DNA of 64,000 bases from Vicugna vicugna (taxonomy: Eukaryota). Where the stretch lies: positions 1,984,001-2,048,000 of the forward strand of contig MU058221.1 in NCBI GenBank assembly GCA_013265495.1. Direction: 5' to 3'. This document shows, in pieces, positions 13,198-27,065 of the stretch. Under the pieces are notes generated by a model, which was given only the letters and a program-made list of their open reading frames with translations, searched no databases and had not been told where the DNA came from. Each line of letters begins with the position of its first letter. Position 1 is the first letter of the stretch. A program made the translations under genes and the position numbers.

Positions 13198-15849
13198 TCA
13201 GTATATTGACACGGGAAGGCTGTTGGTTTAAGTGTCACTTCTCTGCCATCTGGTAGACCTCTTTTAGACACCACAGTTTAAACAGGTTGCTTGAACCCTG
13301 CAGAACTGGTGACGTTTTCGCCTACAATGCAGGAAATGTTGTTCTGGAATGTTCTGCAGTCAGCATGTTTTCCACTGTGCCGATGTGGTGATCTTAGCAA
13401 GTCTTTGATTATTTCAGAAACATGTTTATGGTTGAGTAGACAGTACTGGCAGGAGAGATGAGTCCTGAGTGCAGTATCCCATATGTCAGGCTGGCCCCAG
13501 TGGGCACTGTGCCCTGTACGCCTCCTGAACAATCCGCTGCAGACCAAGGTACACAGTGCAGCACGCAATTCGAACTTGCTTTACTGGTCGCTCAGGGGAA
13601 GCTGTTTGAATTTTAATAAATGCTGACCTCAGATACTTTTGGACAGCAGTTTCTCAGTCAGAATGCCTGGCTTGTTCTTGTGGGGGATACGGAATTTTTT
13701 TTTTTACTGTTAGTAGACTATTTTAAAAAACCAGCGTATGAACACCTGCTTTATAAATCTTCCCTCATTAATACAGAAGCAACCCACACTTTGTAGTACC
13801 AATGATTCACGATTAGAATACAATACAGTATACATTCTTTAAAAAGCTGTTTCTTTTGCATGAGTGAGGGTTGCACATCGAGTGTTAACCTACAGTTGTT
13901 TTAAGGAAAAAAACCAGATTACTCTTCAGCAAGTCCTGTTGCTTGACTTCAGTTAGTGGGGATGAGAGCATGGAGGAAAGACAGCGTTTGCTTGATTTTT
14001 AGAAATAGTTCAGCCCTGGTATCAATAGAGAGATAACTTTGCCATTCAAAGAATGAATCAAATTTGGAAAATGTCCAGAAAACCTGATAGATTGTAAGTG
14101 TCACCACAGAAAATTGTGATTTAAGTTCTCTTTTGTTACATTTGCTTTGAAGCATTTAAATAGAAGAAGTCACGGATCTAGGATTCGTAAAAGTGAAAAT
14201 TTAAATCCTTGGGTCAGAGAAGTTAATCTTCATATTGTTAAAGGTTTGTGAGAGTGGCAGATTTCTGTTTATAGGGTTTGTGTAGTATTGTTTTCCTAAA
14301 TTTGTAAGGATAGCAAAAGAATGAAAAATATCCATATTTAAGAAACATTCTTACATAAAAATTAATAAATTTCATTGGACTACAATGGCATTTGTTAGTG
14401 ATTCAAATTAGTTTTGCATAGTTTTGCACCTTTAAACATTTACAATATATTACTTTTTTTGCTTGGGAGTTGATTTTGATAGATTTTGTCAAAACTAAAT
14501 TCTGAAAGCCATTTTGGTAATGCCAGTTTTGCTCATTGGTCAGCCAATTTTGCTAAGATGGAAGCATCCACCATCAGGCTAACACTGTCTAATATTTAGA
14601 CCTCAAAAATGCTTATTTACACACGTGCTGAGTCATCTCTCCTTGACTCAGCATTAGGAATTGCAAATTAAAATGTGTAGTCAAGCTTCAACCTAAGGGA
14701 GGTCTATCGGTCTTACAAATTTGGGGTCTAATTATCACATTGCTGTTTGCAGTAAGACTATTAGCAAACTTTCAGAATGTGTGCATAACATAGTCTTTGT
14801 TTGAGGTGTCACAGTCCTTTTTTTTCTAAACAGGAAGAGACAGCTACAAGTTTTAGAGGTAGTTCTAATACCCTTAGTGAACAGCCTGTAATTCTTGGTG
14901 TAAAAAAAAATATGATAATAGTTGAATCAGATCTACTGTGTTCAAAGCAAACTTTCTGTTCTTGCTTCCCTGTGTTGCAGGTACCGTATCATGTGGCTGG
15001 CTTTTTACTTTAAATGCTTTAGGTAACGATTAAATACCAGATGATAGAGAGGGATTATGAATGATAATAATAAGTGTTAATATTTATCAGGGGTTTACTA
15101 GGCACCATATTAGTTTTTAAGTCATACACTTGGATTACCCGATTGGATCTCCACACTGCCTCATGAAATCAGCAGTATTACTACCACTCTTATTTTATCA
15201 TCGGGAAATGAAACATAGTCAGGTTAAATCAGTGTGCTCTAGATTGGCGAGCTTGCACGTGAAGGATATGGATTCAAACCGGAACAGGCAGGCTGACTGC
15301 ACAGCCTGCCCGCTTCACACCAGGACGTGCTGCTGCTGACCAGCACCTTGGTTTTATGAAGCTCTAGTACTGAACAAACTGAGATGTTCTCTTTAAAATA
15401 CACTGAGTTCATTAAATAGACATTATTGTAAGTGAGACGACTGGGAGGCTAGATGTATGCTCTAGCCCACTTTTTGCCGATCCGTATTTTTGCATTTTCA
15501 TAGGAAGTATAGGATAGAGAATCCCATTTACTCAAAATCGTATGAGAATAGAATGAACAAAATAGAGAGCTACTAAATTCAATTTAGCAAGCAATCTGCT
15601 CTTGAAATTGCTGTTTTGGGAGACTTAGGAATTCTTCCAGAAGATCTGACCAAAGAGGAAATGCGCAGAGATTGAAAATGAAATATATGATTGTGTAGTT
15701 GTGAGGCTGATGGTGGATGTATAGCATTAAAAAGCAGGCTGATCGTTAAAAGTGATGTCTTTTCTACTCATCTTTTATGTGTTGTATTATTTATTTTTAC
15801 TGAGTCATAAAATATAAGGATAACCTGATATTAAAAAACAAGATAATCT

Positions 15850-17135
15850 CCCTCAACTATTTCATTCCTCCTCCCACTCTCTTCCCCACTGGCAACCCTG
15901 TTTGTTCTCTGTATCTATACCTGTTTCTGTTCTGGGTATTTGTTCCTTTGTTTTTTTTTTTTTTTTTAGATTCCACGTATAAGTGAAATGATGTAGTCTT
16001 TGTCTTTTTCTGACTTATTTCACTTAGCATCATACCCTCTAGGTACATCCATGTTGTAGAAAATGGGAAAGTTTCATCCTTTTTAATGGCTGAGTAATAT
16101 TCCATTATATGTATATATGTGTATATAATGAATGTATATATACACATATATAATGACCACATCTTTCTTATCCATTTATTGATGGGCACTTAGTCTTAAC
16201 TATTGTTAATATGCTAACTCTAACTCTTGTATATAACACTGCAATGAACACAGGAGTGCATAGATCTTTTTGAATTAGTGTTTTATGTTTTCTGCCAATA
16301 AATCCCCAAGAGTGGAATTGCTGGATCATGAGTCAGTTCTATTTTTGATTTTCTGAGGACTCTTCATACTGTCGTCCCTAGTGGCTGCGCCAGTTTGCAT
16401 TCCCATCAGCAGTGCACAAGGGTTCCGTTTTCCTCCACGTCCTCTCCAGCACTTGTTATTTGTTGTCTTTTTGGTAATAGCCGTTCTTACAGGGGTGAGG
16501 TGGTCACCTCATTGCGGTTGGATTTGCGTTTCCCTGATGATTGATGATGTTGAGCATCTTTCCATGTGCCTGTTGCCCACCTGTATGTCTCCTTCAGAAA
16601 ATGTCAGTTCAGATCCTCTGCCCGTTGTTCAGTAGGGTTGTGTGTTCATTTGAAGTTGAGTTATACGAGTGCTATGTACATTTTGGATAGTGACCCCTTA
16701 CTGGATGCATCATTTGCAGGTATTTTGTCCCGTTGAGTAGGTTTTGCCTTTTTGTCTTATTGGTAGTTGCCTTCCCTGTGCAAAAGTGTTTTAGCTTCCT
16801 GAGTCCCGTTCGCTCACTTTTGCTTTTGCGTCCCTTGCCTGAAGAGACATATCCAGAAAAAATGTATTACTAAGTCTGATGCCAAAGGGCTTACTGCCTG
16901 TGTTTTCTTCTACAAATTTTATGATTTTGGGTCTTCTGTTTAAGTTTTTCATCCATTTTGAATTTATTTTTGTGCATGGTTTGAGAAAGTAGTCCAGCTT
17001 GATTCTTTCGCATGTAGCTGTCCAGTTTTCCCAGCACCATTTGCTAGAGAGTTTGTCTTTTCCCCATCATGTGTTCTCATCTCTGTTGTCATAGATTAAT
17101 TGCCCATGTACGTGTGCATTCGTTTCTGGGCTCAG
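15850..17135 (-). mobile_element. L1 (L1MA9-like) 3' fragment
   Basis: ORF 15857..16189(-) WIRKMW...MEYYSAIKKDE...WMYLEGMMLSEISQ is the L1 ORF2 C-terminus; L1 sequence continues to about 17135. Confidence 0.9.
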
Positions 17136-17667
17136 AGGTATTTTTGCATGTCTGTTAACTGACACGACTAGACAGCACTATGCATTATATTACAAGTATT
17201 CGTTGTTCTGAAATGTCGTCAAAACCTCTTAGTCCAAAGATGTAAAAATCCCGTTTTAATACTTGCAAGCCTTTTTTTCTAGGAAGTGATTGGTTAAAAC
17301 CAATTCTCTCTCTGGGAAAGATCCAGGTTTTGTGGGTCCTGGAAAATACTCAATTTGGGGCCCTCATTACTCAAGAAAATGAGTAAGAATTAGGAATATG
17401 AAAATAGATAGAAGTGTGAATATTTATTTAGAATGAGAAGAAGCCATCCCCTAATACAAATTTTAAAAGACTGATGTATTTATCACAATGTCACAAAATT
17501 CAGCCAACTTAGTAAGTTTTCTTGTTAACTACCTAACTGATTAATATTTTACTTTTCTCTACATTTTTTCGCTGCATACTCTTTGACAACCTCTTCATGT
17601 GCACAATTTTGTAGTATTTTCTATAGAAAAAATACAGTGATAATTCAGTCTTTCTTCCAGTATGGTT

Positions 17668-17671
<4 letters not shown>

Positions 17672-17709
<38 letters not shown>
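17672..17709. repeat. (TG)n microsatellite
   Basis: Perfect TG run. Confidence 0.95.
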
Positions 17710-17712
<3 letters not shown>

Positions 17713-18197
17713 TATTACCAGTTTAGAAAGGTATCTGGTAGCTCTATGACTAATTATTAATAATGTTATATGTTAATTTAGGAGATTGTTCTCAAATTTA
17801 AACCTCTATCAGGTTTCTTTCACGTATGAGCTCTTAGATTTCAGGGGATTTCAGTGACTCATCCTAAAAACTCTGATTGTATGACACTCATTAGCCAGCT
17901 TGTGGCTGAAGAGAAAGCGCGTTTAGTGTTTTCTATAATATTTGTTGATGTCAATATTTTGTGTAAAATTATCAAGACATTTAATGTTTTTCCAGCATGT
18001 CCATAATTCAGTCCTCTTCTTTGATTGGATTCTCTGATAATCAAAGTACCTAGTAATTTCTTTTCTTGAATCTTTCTATTATTTTTGCTCAATATTTTCT
18101 CTACTGAAGTATAGTCGATTTACAATGTTGTGTTAAGTTCTGGTGTGCAGCATATTGTTATACAAATATATATACATTCCTTTTCATAATCTTAGTC

Positions 18198-18323
18198 GGG
18201 AGTGGGTATAGCTCAAGTGGTAGAGTGCATGTTTAGCATGCATAAGGTTCTGGGTTCAATCCCCAGCACCTCCTCTAAGAATAAATAAAACAAATAAGCT
18301 AATTATCTCTCCCCACCAAAAAA
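18198..18323 (+). mobile_element. tRNA-derived SINE (Vic-1-like) inserted in a minus-strand L1 3' end (about 18100-18430)
   Basis: gggtatagctcaagtggtagagtg A box, gggttcaatcccc B box, aataaataa linker and ccccaccaaaaaa tail. Confidence 0.85.
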
Positions 18324-19289
18324 GCCCTTTGATATCCTTTTAAATTATAGGCTATTACAAGGTTATTAAGTATAATTCCTTGTGCTATGCAGTAGGACTT
18401 TGTAGTTTATCTATTTTATATATAGTAGTTAGTAGTCCTTTATTTGAAATTTTTTTTCAGAATAAATTCAGCTTATGATAATCTGACCAAGTTTGATATA
18501 ATTTATTTCTAAATGTCAGGATAATTTTTGACTTGATTTCTTTGCTTATGTTTATCACATTTGTCTCATACCCATTCAGTTTTTTCCTGAACATTCTTTC
18601 AGTTTTTCAAAAAAACGCATCTAAAGATGACTTCAAGAGTTGAGCTCTCTCTACAAATGAGTTGAGCCCACATGGTCCTCTGGCTTTACTGAAATACTCC
18701 AGAATTTAATTTACAATGGAATACTTGGGGTTTGTTAAATATTTTATTTCTGTCAAAAAGTGACACAAACATAGTGCATTTTCAATTGTACGTGCTGTAT
18801 AGACTATGTTCCTGACACTCCTCCCTCGACAGGAGGCAGAAATGAAAACTGGTCCTCTGCGCACGGTTTTACACATCTGATGTCTGGAGGAATGGTACAT
18901 TATGAACTTCGTTTTCCCTCCATTATACACATATGCCCACTTTTAGGCGCTAGGTGTACACACTTCTGGGCACGGTGCACATGCTTCCGTAAAGGCAAGT
19001 CCGTTATCACTTCAGGACCTCTGGCCTTGCGCCCTTGTCCCAGCACTGGTTGAGCGCACCAGGTGGGTGGGAGAATTCCTCGCCTCTGCACCGGGAACGG
19101 GGACGTGCGGCGATGCCTCACAGTCACGCAGTGAGACATGCCGGTGACGCTGAACCGTGCAAATATATCCTGTGACCCCCAAACTCACTTCATCCCCGCC
19201 CCAACCTCCCTTGCCCACGTGCCGAGACACCTGGCCTTGTCCTGGCCGCCCCTGCTGAGAAGGGATGAGGGACAGAGGGGAGGGGACAG

Positions 19290-19432
19290 CTGGATGCAAA
19301 GAGACACACGGACGGACTGTGGTTGCAATCGTGCTACAGTGTCACAGGCGACAAGTTGCAACAGAGACTGTCTCACAAAGTCAGAAGAATTTACCATCTG
19401 GACCTTGACAGAAAGAGCTGGGCGACCCTGCT
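19290..19432 (+). mobile_element. MER58-like hAT DNA transposon fragment
   Basis: atttaccatctggaccttgacagaaagagctgggcgaccctg resembles the MER58 terminus. Confidence 0.6.
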
Positions 19433-22400
19433 CTGCACTATGCACTCATTCCAAAATGGTAAGCTAGAACAGCAACTTAGACTTGTGGACATGTCTTTGC
19501 TATCTTGTTACACTAAGGACCATCATTAGTTGTGCAGTGCGCATAATGGCGGTGTTTTGGAATACCCTCTTCATCCCCAAGTCAGGCCGTATTATGTACG
19601 ACGGTGTAAGGAGAGCCAGGTCTGGGAGCGCGTACAGTGGAACACTAACGAATGGCAGGTGCGTTTTTATTAACTCTTTAGTTTCTGAATGCAATGTCCA
19701 TTGTGTTCAGTGGTTGGTTTTTGCTTCAATGAACGTACATTACTATTAGAGTTTAGAATGAGTTAGAATTGATTAAAAATAAAGTCCTGCAATTGTTAAA
19801 AAGCCACAACAAAACCATTACTGTCCACCTTCTCTGCGATCTCTACCCAGTGTCTACTTGCCCACCTGTTTCTGTCTACCCGCATTTCATAGTTTCCTGC
19901 ATCCCAAACCCTTCTCTTGATTCTGAATACGTCAGTGAGAGCCTTTGTGCTTCCAGAAAGGCCTTAGGTTTTCTGTCACTCCAGAAGGAGAAGTTAACGC
20001 ATTAGTGGAATTCTAGACGGTGGTTACATCCCCAGTGTAATTTGTAGTCGTTCTGTTGTCCTGTGGAATGTGGTGATCCCTCCTGCTTCCTTCCAAACAG
20101 CGCTGAATATTTTTTCTGTTTTCCTTGATACTCTGAGGTTCCCACATCCTCTGTCTGTGAATGAAAATGTTCTCATTCTCATCTGTCACAGTAAATCAGT
20201 AACCACCTCCGCCATTGTCTCTTCAGGAAGTGCTCCACCCATATTTCCTTCTTAGCTGTTGGAATACCTGTGAGGGTTATACTGGAGCTACTTCATGTAT
20301 TGCTTTTTAATTTCTTTCTTTATTTTCCATAGATTGAGCTTTCTGAGCTTTTTTTTTTTTCTTCATTCACATTCTCTTTAGTTGGGTGTTTATCCAGTCC
20401 ACTTCCTTAAGGTTTACATTTTTCATATTTAGATTCCTGTTTGGTTATGTTCAGTGCATACCTGCTTCTGATTCATATTAACCAACCTGCTACCTTTCTG
20501 ACGGCTTTACACATGCTGTGTAAGTTGGGGTGTGTTTACAGGTAACAGAGAACTTGACCAATGGTGATAAGACTGTGAAGCTTCATTGTTTGCAGATGAG
20601 GAGTCTGAAGACACGCAGGTCACTTCAGAGCGGTGGTTCCTCACAGGGTCCAAAAATGCGTGTTACAACTCCTCTCCTGTTCTCGTAGGAAAGTTGGTGT
20701 CCGAGCAGTCAGTCAGGAGGCTGGTGTCAAAAAGTCTGATTTTTTCTCCAGTCAGAGAGGACAATCTCTCCAGTTTTAGGCCCCAGTAAATCCACTGTCA
20801 TATCCCGTTGATCAGAGCGAGGCCTGCGCACTCACACACACACACACACACACACAACCTTAGACCGGTGACTGGCGAACAGGAAGGGGTCAAGCCTGGA
20901 GGGATGTACGGACTCTGGGCAGCTAGTGTCCTGGGTGGACGGGGAGGCAGGGGGTGTGCTCTTGGGGCAGCAGCAATAGGCCTGCCATGTGCGTGTTTTA
21001 AAATCTTTTTCAGAAGACCCTCTTTCGTTTGCATTTCCTCCGAGGTGAGTTCTCCCAACATGTATTACAGTTTGGGCTTAGGTCTTGTATTTGCTTTCCC
21101 TGCCAGCATTCCTCTGTTTGATGATTCAAGGGTTGCCTCCGTCTGGCCTCATGTTTGGACCCAGTTCTTAGGGTGATGGTTTCAGGTGACTTTGGAGGTA
21201 TTAAAATTTAATTCCTGTGCCAGTGGGAGGTTTCCTTTGCTGAGGACAAAAAAGAAAGAAAGAGAAAAAAAAAAACTGAGATAATCATCTTAAACCTTGA
21301 AGACAACGTCTGCTCCTAAATGTTCTCTAAAGTATGTTCTGTAACATATGTTGCCTGATTGGGTCCCTCAGCTTCTTGTTCTTCTTCCCCGAGTCTCTAG
21401 GACACCTCTCTCCCTCTCTCTCTCTCTCTCCCTCTCTCTCTCTCCTTCTTACTTCTGGAATCCAAAGTCGCCATTCAGCAAATGAAGCTGTGAAGGAAAT
21501 TGGGCAAGATGTGTATCAGGGCCCATCCCTGTGTCAAACACTATGAAAGTCCCCAGGTGTTGCCATCAGGGGCTAGGCTTCATTTTCCCTAGGAGATAAA
21601 GAATGTGCACACAGACCCAGGCGTGTGAGCATCCGGTTCAGAGCGCCGGCCGCTGTGGTCCCTCAGCTCTGAGGAGCGTGAGCCCATTCTCCCCGCGCCG
21701 GGGGTGGGAACTACAGAAGCAGGAGGCCCGGCAGTGCCCGGCCCCACACCGAGGGGTAACTGGGTGCCAGCTCCGGCCGTCCAGGGTTGCGCCCACGACA
21801 GCAGTGCTGGCGGGACGTCTGATCCCACGGCCTTAGTACTTCCTCAAGGACGGACCGTTTAACCTTGGATGCGGTGGCCCTGCTGACATTATTTACTGCG
21901 GTTTTCTAATTTTATTACTTCTTCTACCTTCCCAGTCGTGATTTCTGCTTGTTTTGACACAAGATTTGAATCTCCATATTTTAAAACAACCTCCCTTGAT
22001 GTCGTGGGTGAGTGGCTGTCATTAAGAACGTGTCTGCATGTCGCATCACATTTCAAGAGGTGTGTCGTGAAAAATAACCCTGCAGCCGCTGCCTGCCCCA
22101 CTGATACGAAGTGGCTCGGACAGATTCTGCATCTCATAATCTCACTGACTTACAAGCAAATGCATCTTATGTGAGAGCCAGAAAATCTGCAGAGCAACAG
22201 AGCATTTAAAGACACACTTGAGCATTTTCTCTGTTACAGACAGGAAGTCTCCTTATAAAGAAAGGAACACAAAATTGTCTTTTTTACTGACAGTTGATTT
22301 TCAGATTTTTTAAAGCTCTTTTTTTTGCAATTTGAATTGTAACAATGCACAATAAGTAACGTGAGTATGACGCTATACTATGTTTTTTTTTTTTCTTTTG

Positions 22401-22859
22401 CCTAGTAAGTAAAAAAAAAAAATTTTTTGCAGTGTCCTAAGTTGGCTACGTCGTGGTCGGTAACCACAGCAGCAAAATGTCTATAGCTGGGATTTGCAGA
22501 AAATCTCTTTACGTCATTGCGTGGCTTTGTTTTCCGCCGTAGCGTCCGTCACCCGCTGGTAATTTACACAGTCCTGGTCGCAGCTGCCAAGCCTGTTCAT
22601 CCCAGCCCCCGCCGGCTCTCTACCTTGTCTCGGTCGAGCCGAGGTCATGGCTGTGCCTTTGTCCCTGACCCAGGCCCTCCCTGAAAGCTGTGACGTGAGG
22701 CCACTGAAGTACACCGCTGCTGGCCGTGCCTACCAAAAATACATTGCCTGCCTGTTGCGTTGCAGTTCACGAGAGGAATATGGAATATTTACATCACTTG
22801 ATTTTTTTTCTCATTTTAGACTTGAGTTACGGGTTTGGGTGAGGAAGGCCACAGATGGA

Positions 22860-23870
22860 TAAGAGATAGTCTAAAATCATGTCTATTTAATGTAGATGAA
22901 GGTGGTTCCATATAGAAATGGTTATGGACATGTGTTAATACCTGGGTTAGTATGCATGTGCCCTTTGCCACGTCCTGACAGCTGAGAGGGCTTAGAAACA
23001 GGGAACATACCTAGCGTTCTGAACTTGATTTCTAACACCATCCTTCATACCACCCTCCAGTGGAAGGAACCAGACGTCCTTGGAGAAGTGGCTGATTGTA
23101 GATTTCAGCCAGAAGTAGGCAACGTGAGCCAAGATTGTCTTAAAGTGCCAGAAAGTAGAGGAAAAACTCAAACAAGAACACAGCGATGGGGACACACGTG
23201 ACAGGGACACAGGAGCCAACTGAACGGACTGCCTGTGGCCACGTTGGGACAGCTGGAGCTACAGAGTAGTAGAGTGTTCTCGTATAACACAAAGTGTAAA
23301 ATGCCCACGAGTCCACACCGATGTAAGTACACAATTGGATAAATAAACACATGGAGGAGAACAGACAGATTTCCCACGCAGGAAGATTTCCCACAATTCA
23401 CGTAGCGCAACTCTCCACTCCTTAAGCGTGGGCTGCACGCAGAGAGCTCCTTAGAGTCTGCAGCACGGAAGAGGAGTGGGCTTGTGCAGTGGGGAAAATG
23501 ACCAGATACCACCTCAGCCAGGTGACAAAGTTCAGTGTAAATGGTGATGTCGTGTTGATAGCTTATGCGATGAGAATGGCACATCACGTCCAGGGTCATC
23601 TTCTCCAAAACCCCTAACCCCAGTCTAATCATGAGAAGATATCAGACAGACCTTGGGTGAGGGGCAATCTGCAGCATTCCCGGCCAGTGCTCAAAACTGT
23701 CCAAGTCACCAAAGAACAAGGCGTATCTGAGAAGCTGTCACGGCCCAGAAAAGCCTAAGGAGATATGACAGCTAAATGTAGTGTGCTCTCCTGGGTGGGA
23801 TCTGGGAACTGAAGGGCGGCATTAGGTCAAAACTGAAGAAGTCTGAATAAAGTATGTTGTTAGTTCAAAC
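22860..23870 (+). mobile_element. L1MC/L1MD-like 3' UTR
   Basis: cttctccaaaacccctaaccccagtctaatcatgag and cctaaggagatatgacagctaaatgtagtgtg, then ctgaataaagt. Confidence 0.7.
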
Positions 23871-24743
23871 AAACAACAAACAAAGGCTTCTTAAAACTGG
23901 AAAGTCTTTTTTAATTCTCTCTAATCTTCACGAATGTTTAGTATGAATTTGAAGAATGAATCTACCTCAGTATATAAGAAATTATTAGTTGACCCAGTGG
24001 CTAGAATTTATTTCATTTTCTTAAATTTTCTGCTTTGTTTATGACATTTCCCTGTGTATTACTCTTTTTTTTGGCTGAAACCTCCAGACTTTCCAGGCTG
24101 GATGTGTTCAGCTCTGAAAACAAGATACATCAATTACATAACAGCTCTTCAGGGAAAGAGAAAGCATTTGTTACCTGATCATTTAAACTGGGATGAATAT
24201 ATGGATGTTTGATAAATGACATTTTCAACATCCCTCCTAGCAAAGAAAACAAACAAACAAAAAACACATTTATCCTGATAACAATGATAAGAAAACATTG
24301 TTTTTCACCTGGTGTATTAGTTAGGGAAAGCTAAATGCTTGACAAACACTCCCCACTCCTTGTTTCAGTGTGTTTCACTGCGGGCAGAGTTCAGCACAAG
24401 CGTTTGGGGTTGGATGACTGTTTATCAGGGTGATTCAGAGACCTCGACACTTGCAGTGTCATGGCTGGGGAGTCCAGCCTGACTGAGAAAGACAGAGACA
24501 GAGAAGGAGGGGGGGAGGCATGAGAGACTTTTGGTAGTCAGGTCTGTAGAAGATACCTCACTACCTCTCACATAAACTAAAAAACAGTTCTTTGAATAAT
24601 AGACGGAAACTAATTTTTGATGAGACATTATCCTTTCCTGGAGTAGCATCTTTTTATGTCTGCCCACTAATTCTGTAACTCACAAGAGCTAGGACTAACA
24701 CTGGAGTTCAGTAAATATTGTTGCAAAACCCTCTTCGTAGGTT

Positions 24744-25082
24744 TTTATTGTTTCAAAATAAACAGGCTTTTAGGGGTAATTGTTAGGAGAGCGATGTTCA
24801 CGAATCATAGTCTGTCCACGTTTTGTTTTTGTTGTTCCAAGAGAAGCCTTGGTTATCCTTGAGCTGATAATGGCGTGCTGGCTGTTACAGGCAGAAAGGA
24901 TGCTCTGAACCTTGTGTGTGTGCTGGACACTTTCCTGATGAGCGTGAGAAATGTGTGCTCGCCCGCTTTCCGTGCAGCTGTGACGGCTGCATTTCCCGGG
25001 AGGCAGGCCGGCCCGCTCTTCAGACTTGAGCGCGTAGTGTACCTGCAAGGGCCAGTAGCCCATGAAGACTTTAAACCAGGGT
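24744..25082 (-). pseudogene. SLC15-like last exon remnant (TM11-TM12, stop, polyA signal)
   Basis: ttgtttcttttcccaag|; PGLKSSWATGP..SSLKS..LPGNAAV..FLTLI..FLPVTA then RHYQLK..DS*, TGA at 24800-24798; AATAAA at 24749-24744. Confidence 0.6.
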
Positions 25083-25176
25083 CTTGGGAAAAGAAACAAT
25101 AAGCCAGACTAATCAGCCGTCTGTGCTTCCAGGCGCTTGTAAGAGTCTCTCCTATCACAGCCCATCCATTCCTTAC

Positions 25177-25300
25177 AATCCAAGTAAATGCTCATGAGTG
25201 TATCATTCTGAAATTCCATAAGCCTGAAATTTGCGTGAATCTGGACCTAAAATGTCTTACAGTCATTACAGATTTAACAAGCTCTTTTATATGTGCTTCT
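25177..25300 (-). pseudogene. SLC15-like exon 12 remnant (TM10; 5' end uncertain)
   Basis: cag att cacg caa ... gga att tca gaa reads QI(P)Q...GISE (compare WQVPQYLLIGISE); donor ATT|GTAAGG. Confidence 0.6.
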
Positions 25301-25914
25301 TAGACTCAACATGGGGTTAGAGAAATTATGAAAATGATTAGAATGTAGACCTTCAATCTTAAATAACTCAGTTCAACCACTGCAGACAACCATGCAAAAA
25401 AAAATCAGATGCATGTATATGTTCTATAAATAAACATTGTTTTTATGCAAGATGTTGAATTTTTCATGACTGACAATAAACGGAAGGAAAGGAAATTCAG
25501 TCTAGGTTGAAAGAGCTAGAAGATTCATTTCACCACGTTTTTACTTCGTTTCCAATTTTGCTATAAAGGTTATTAGAGCTTTGGAAGAAACTGGCCAGTC
25601 CGTTATCTCAGGCACATTCTTAGTAGCATCTCCATAATTGGACGTCCATCAGACTTTCCTGAGCCACATGGGCGCGATCTCTCTCCCTCCCCCCTTTCTC
25701 CCCCTTTCTCCCCTCACCCGCCCCCTTCTTGCTTTCCTTATTTTTCTTCCACTCCTTTTCAGGGGAACTCCCAAAATATGTTTTAGTAATTTTTTTTTTC
25801 ATAACAAATGTGAGGGAAGCTCTAGGCAAATCTGGTTTAAAAAAAGAAAGATTATTTCTTGATTTCCCGGGGCGGAAAGATAGTTTTAAACAGAAACAAG
25901 AAAGAGATCAGGGA

Positions 25915-25966
25915 TTCAGCTGGATATGAAAATAGCTGTATTCATTAAGTAGAGCCATGCAAACAG
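25915..25966 (-). pseudogene. SLC15-like exon 11 remnant (TM9; 3' end uncertain)
   Basis: tttacag| closing an 80-nt intron; AVCMALL...HIQ (compare AVGMVL...IVQ). Confidence 0.5.
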
Positions 25967-26046
25967 CTGTAAATTTGGATAATAAGCAAGGAAAGATATT
26001 TGAATTTCATTAGGCTCTTTTCCTCTATAGTTAGCAAATGTCTCAC

Positions 26047-26151
26047 CTTCTAAAATTACTTCAATTGTGATTCACCACAATAAGCGTGTAATTGACACTG
26101 AAGAGTGTTCACCAAGTGAGAGAGGTTGATGAAACAAGCCAGGAGAGGGGA
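26047..26151 (-). pseudogene. SLC15-like exon 10 remnant (TM8)
   Basis: ttccttctcacactttccag| and AAG|GTGAGA; PLSWL / FINL (compare PAAWLTMFDA). Confidence 0.6.
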
Positions 26152-27065
26152 CTGGAAAGTGTGAGAAGGAACACATTCCAATTGGGAAGGTATTTTCGGA
26201 GACGTAATATGGGGGAGGATTTCAATTGATGAGGTGATGCGGGTTCAAGTCTCGCATGCGGAAGCGAAGTCACCAGGATGTTATTTGGTCATGGACATTC
26301 ATTCATTAATTAAATCATTATTGATTGAACACCTGTTGTGTTTTGGCTTCTGTACCAGATCCTGGGAGAATTGTTCCTGGGAACGCAGTTTCTGGATTCA
26401 AGCATTATATTCTCTAGAAGGTGAGATAAGAATAAAATGTAATGAGCTCTAATTACGGGGAGAAGTAGAAGTACTGTGGGCATTGCTGTGTAGGGCATGG
26501 GGTGGGGGAAGGGGTCTGTGACCCAGGCTGGGCACAGGCTCAGCGCCATGGCCTTTGTTCTTGCTTGGGTTGTCGGCTCTGCAAGCAGTTACAGTGGAGC
26601 ATAATTATTGCTCTTATGGCAAGATGTGCCAATAATATGCTCCGTGGGGTGTACACTAGGCGCGCTTATTCATTCTAAATGGATGTGTCAGGGAAGGCGC
26701 AAGAAAGGAGAACTAGAAACCAAGTCCAGAACAGTTAGTGAGGGTCTGCAAGTTGAAATATTTAGGGAGACAGTCCATGATTCTTCTGAGTAGAGTGTCA
26801 AAAGGTGGGAAAGAAATTTAGGTGAACTGAGCATTGCTGGAGATGAACTGTTGGTGGAGTTGTGTTATAAAATGAGATACACAGAAACAGAGGGGATGAT
26901 CAACAGAGGGTCCTTTGGATCATACATAGAGGCTCAATGAATATTTGATGAATGAGTCTTAGATTGTGATACGGTAATTGCTGTAACTGGGAACTAGATC
27001 ATGGCTGCTAATGGTTGTTAGTGAGATATTTACACCTCTTTAAAGAAGTATCAGTGTTTTTCCAC

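Noticed and set aside
15583..15675. Protein-like stretch FSKQSALEIAVLGDLGILPEDLTKEEMRRD
   Set aside because: No convincing splice signals and no recognisable family.
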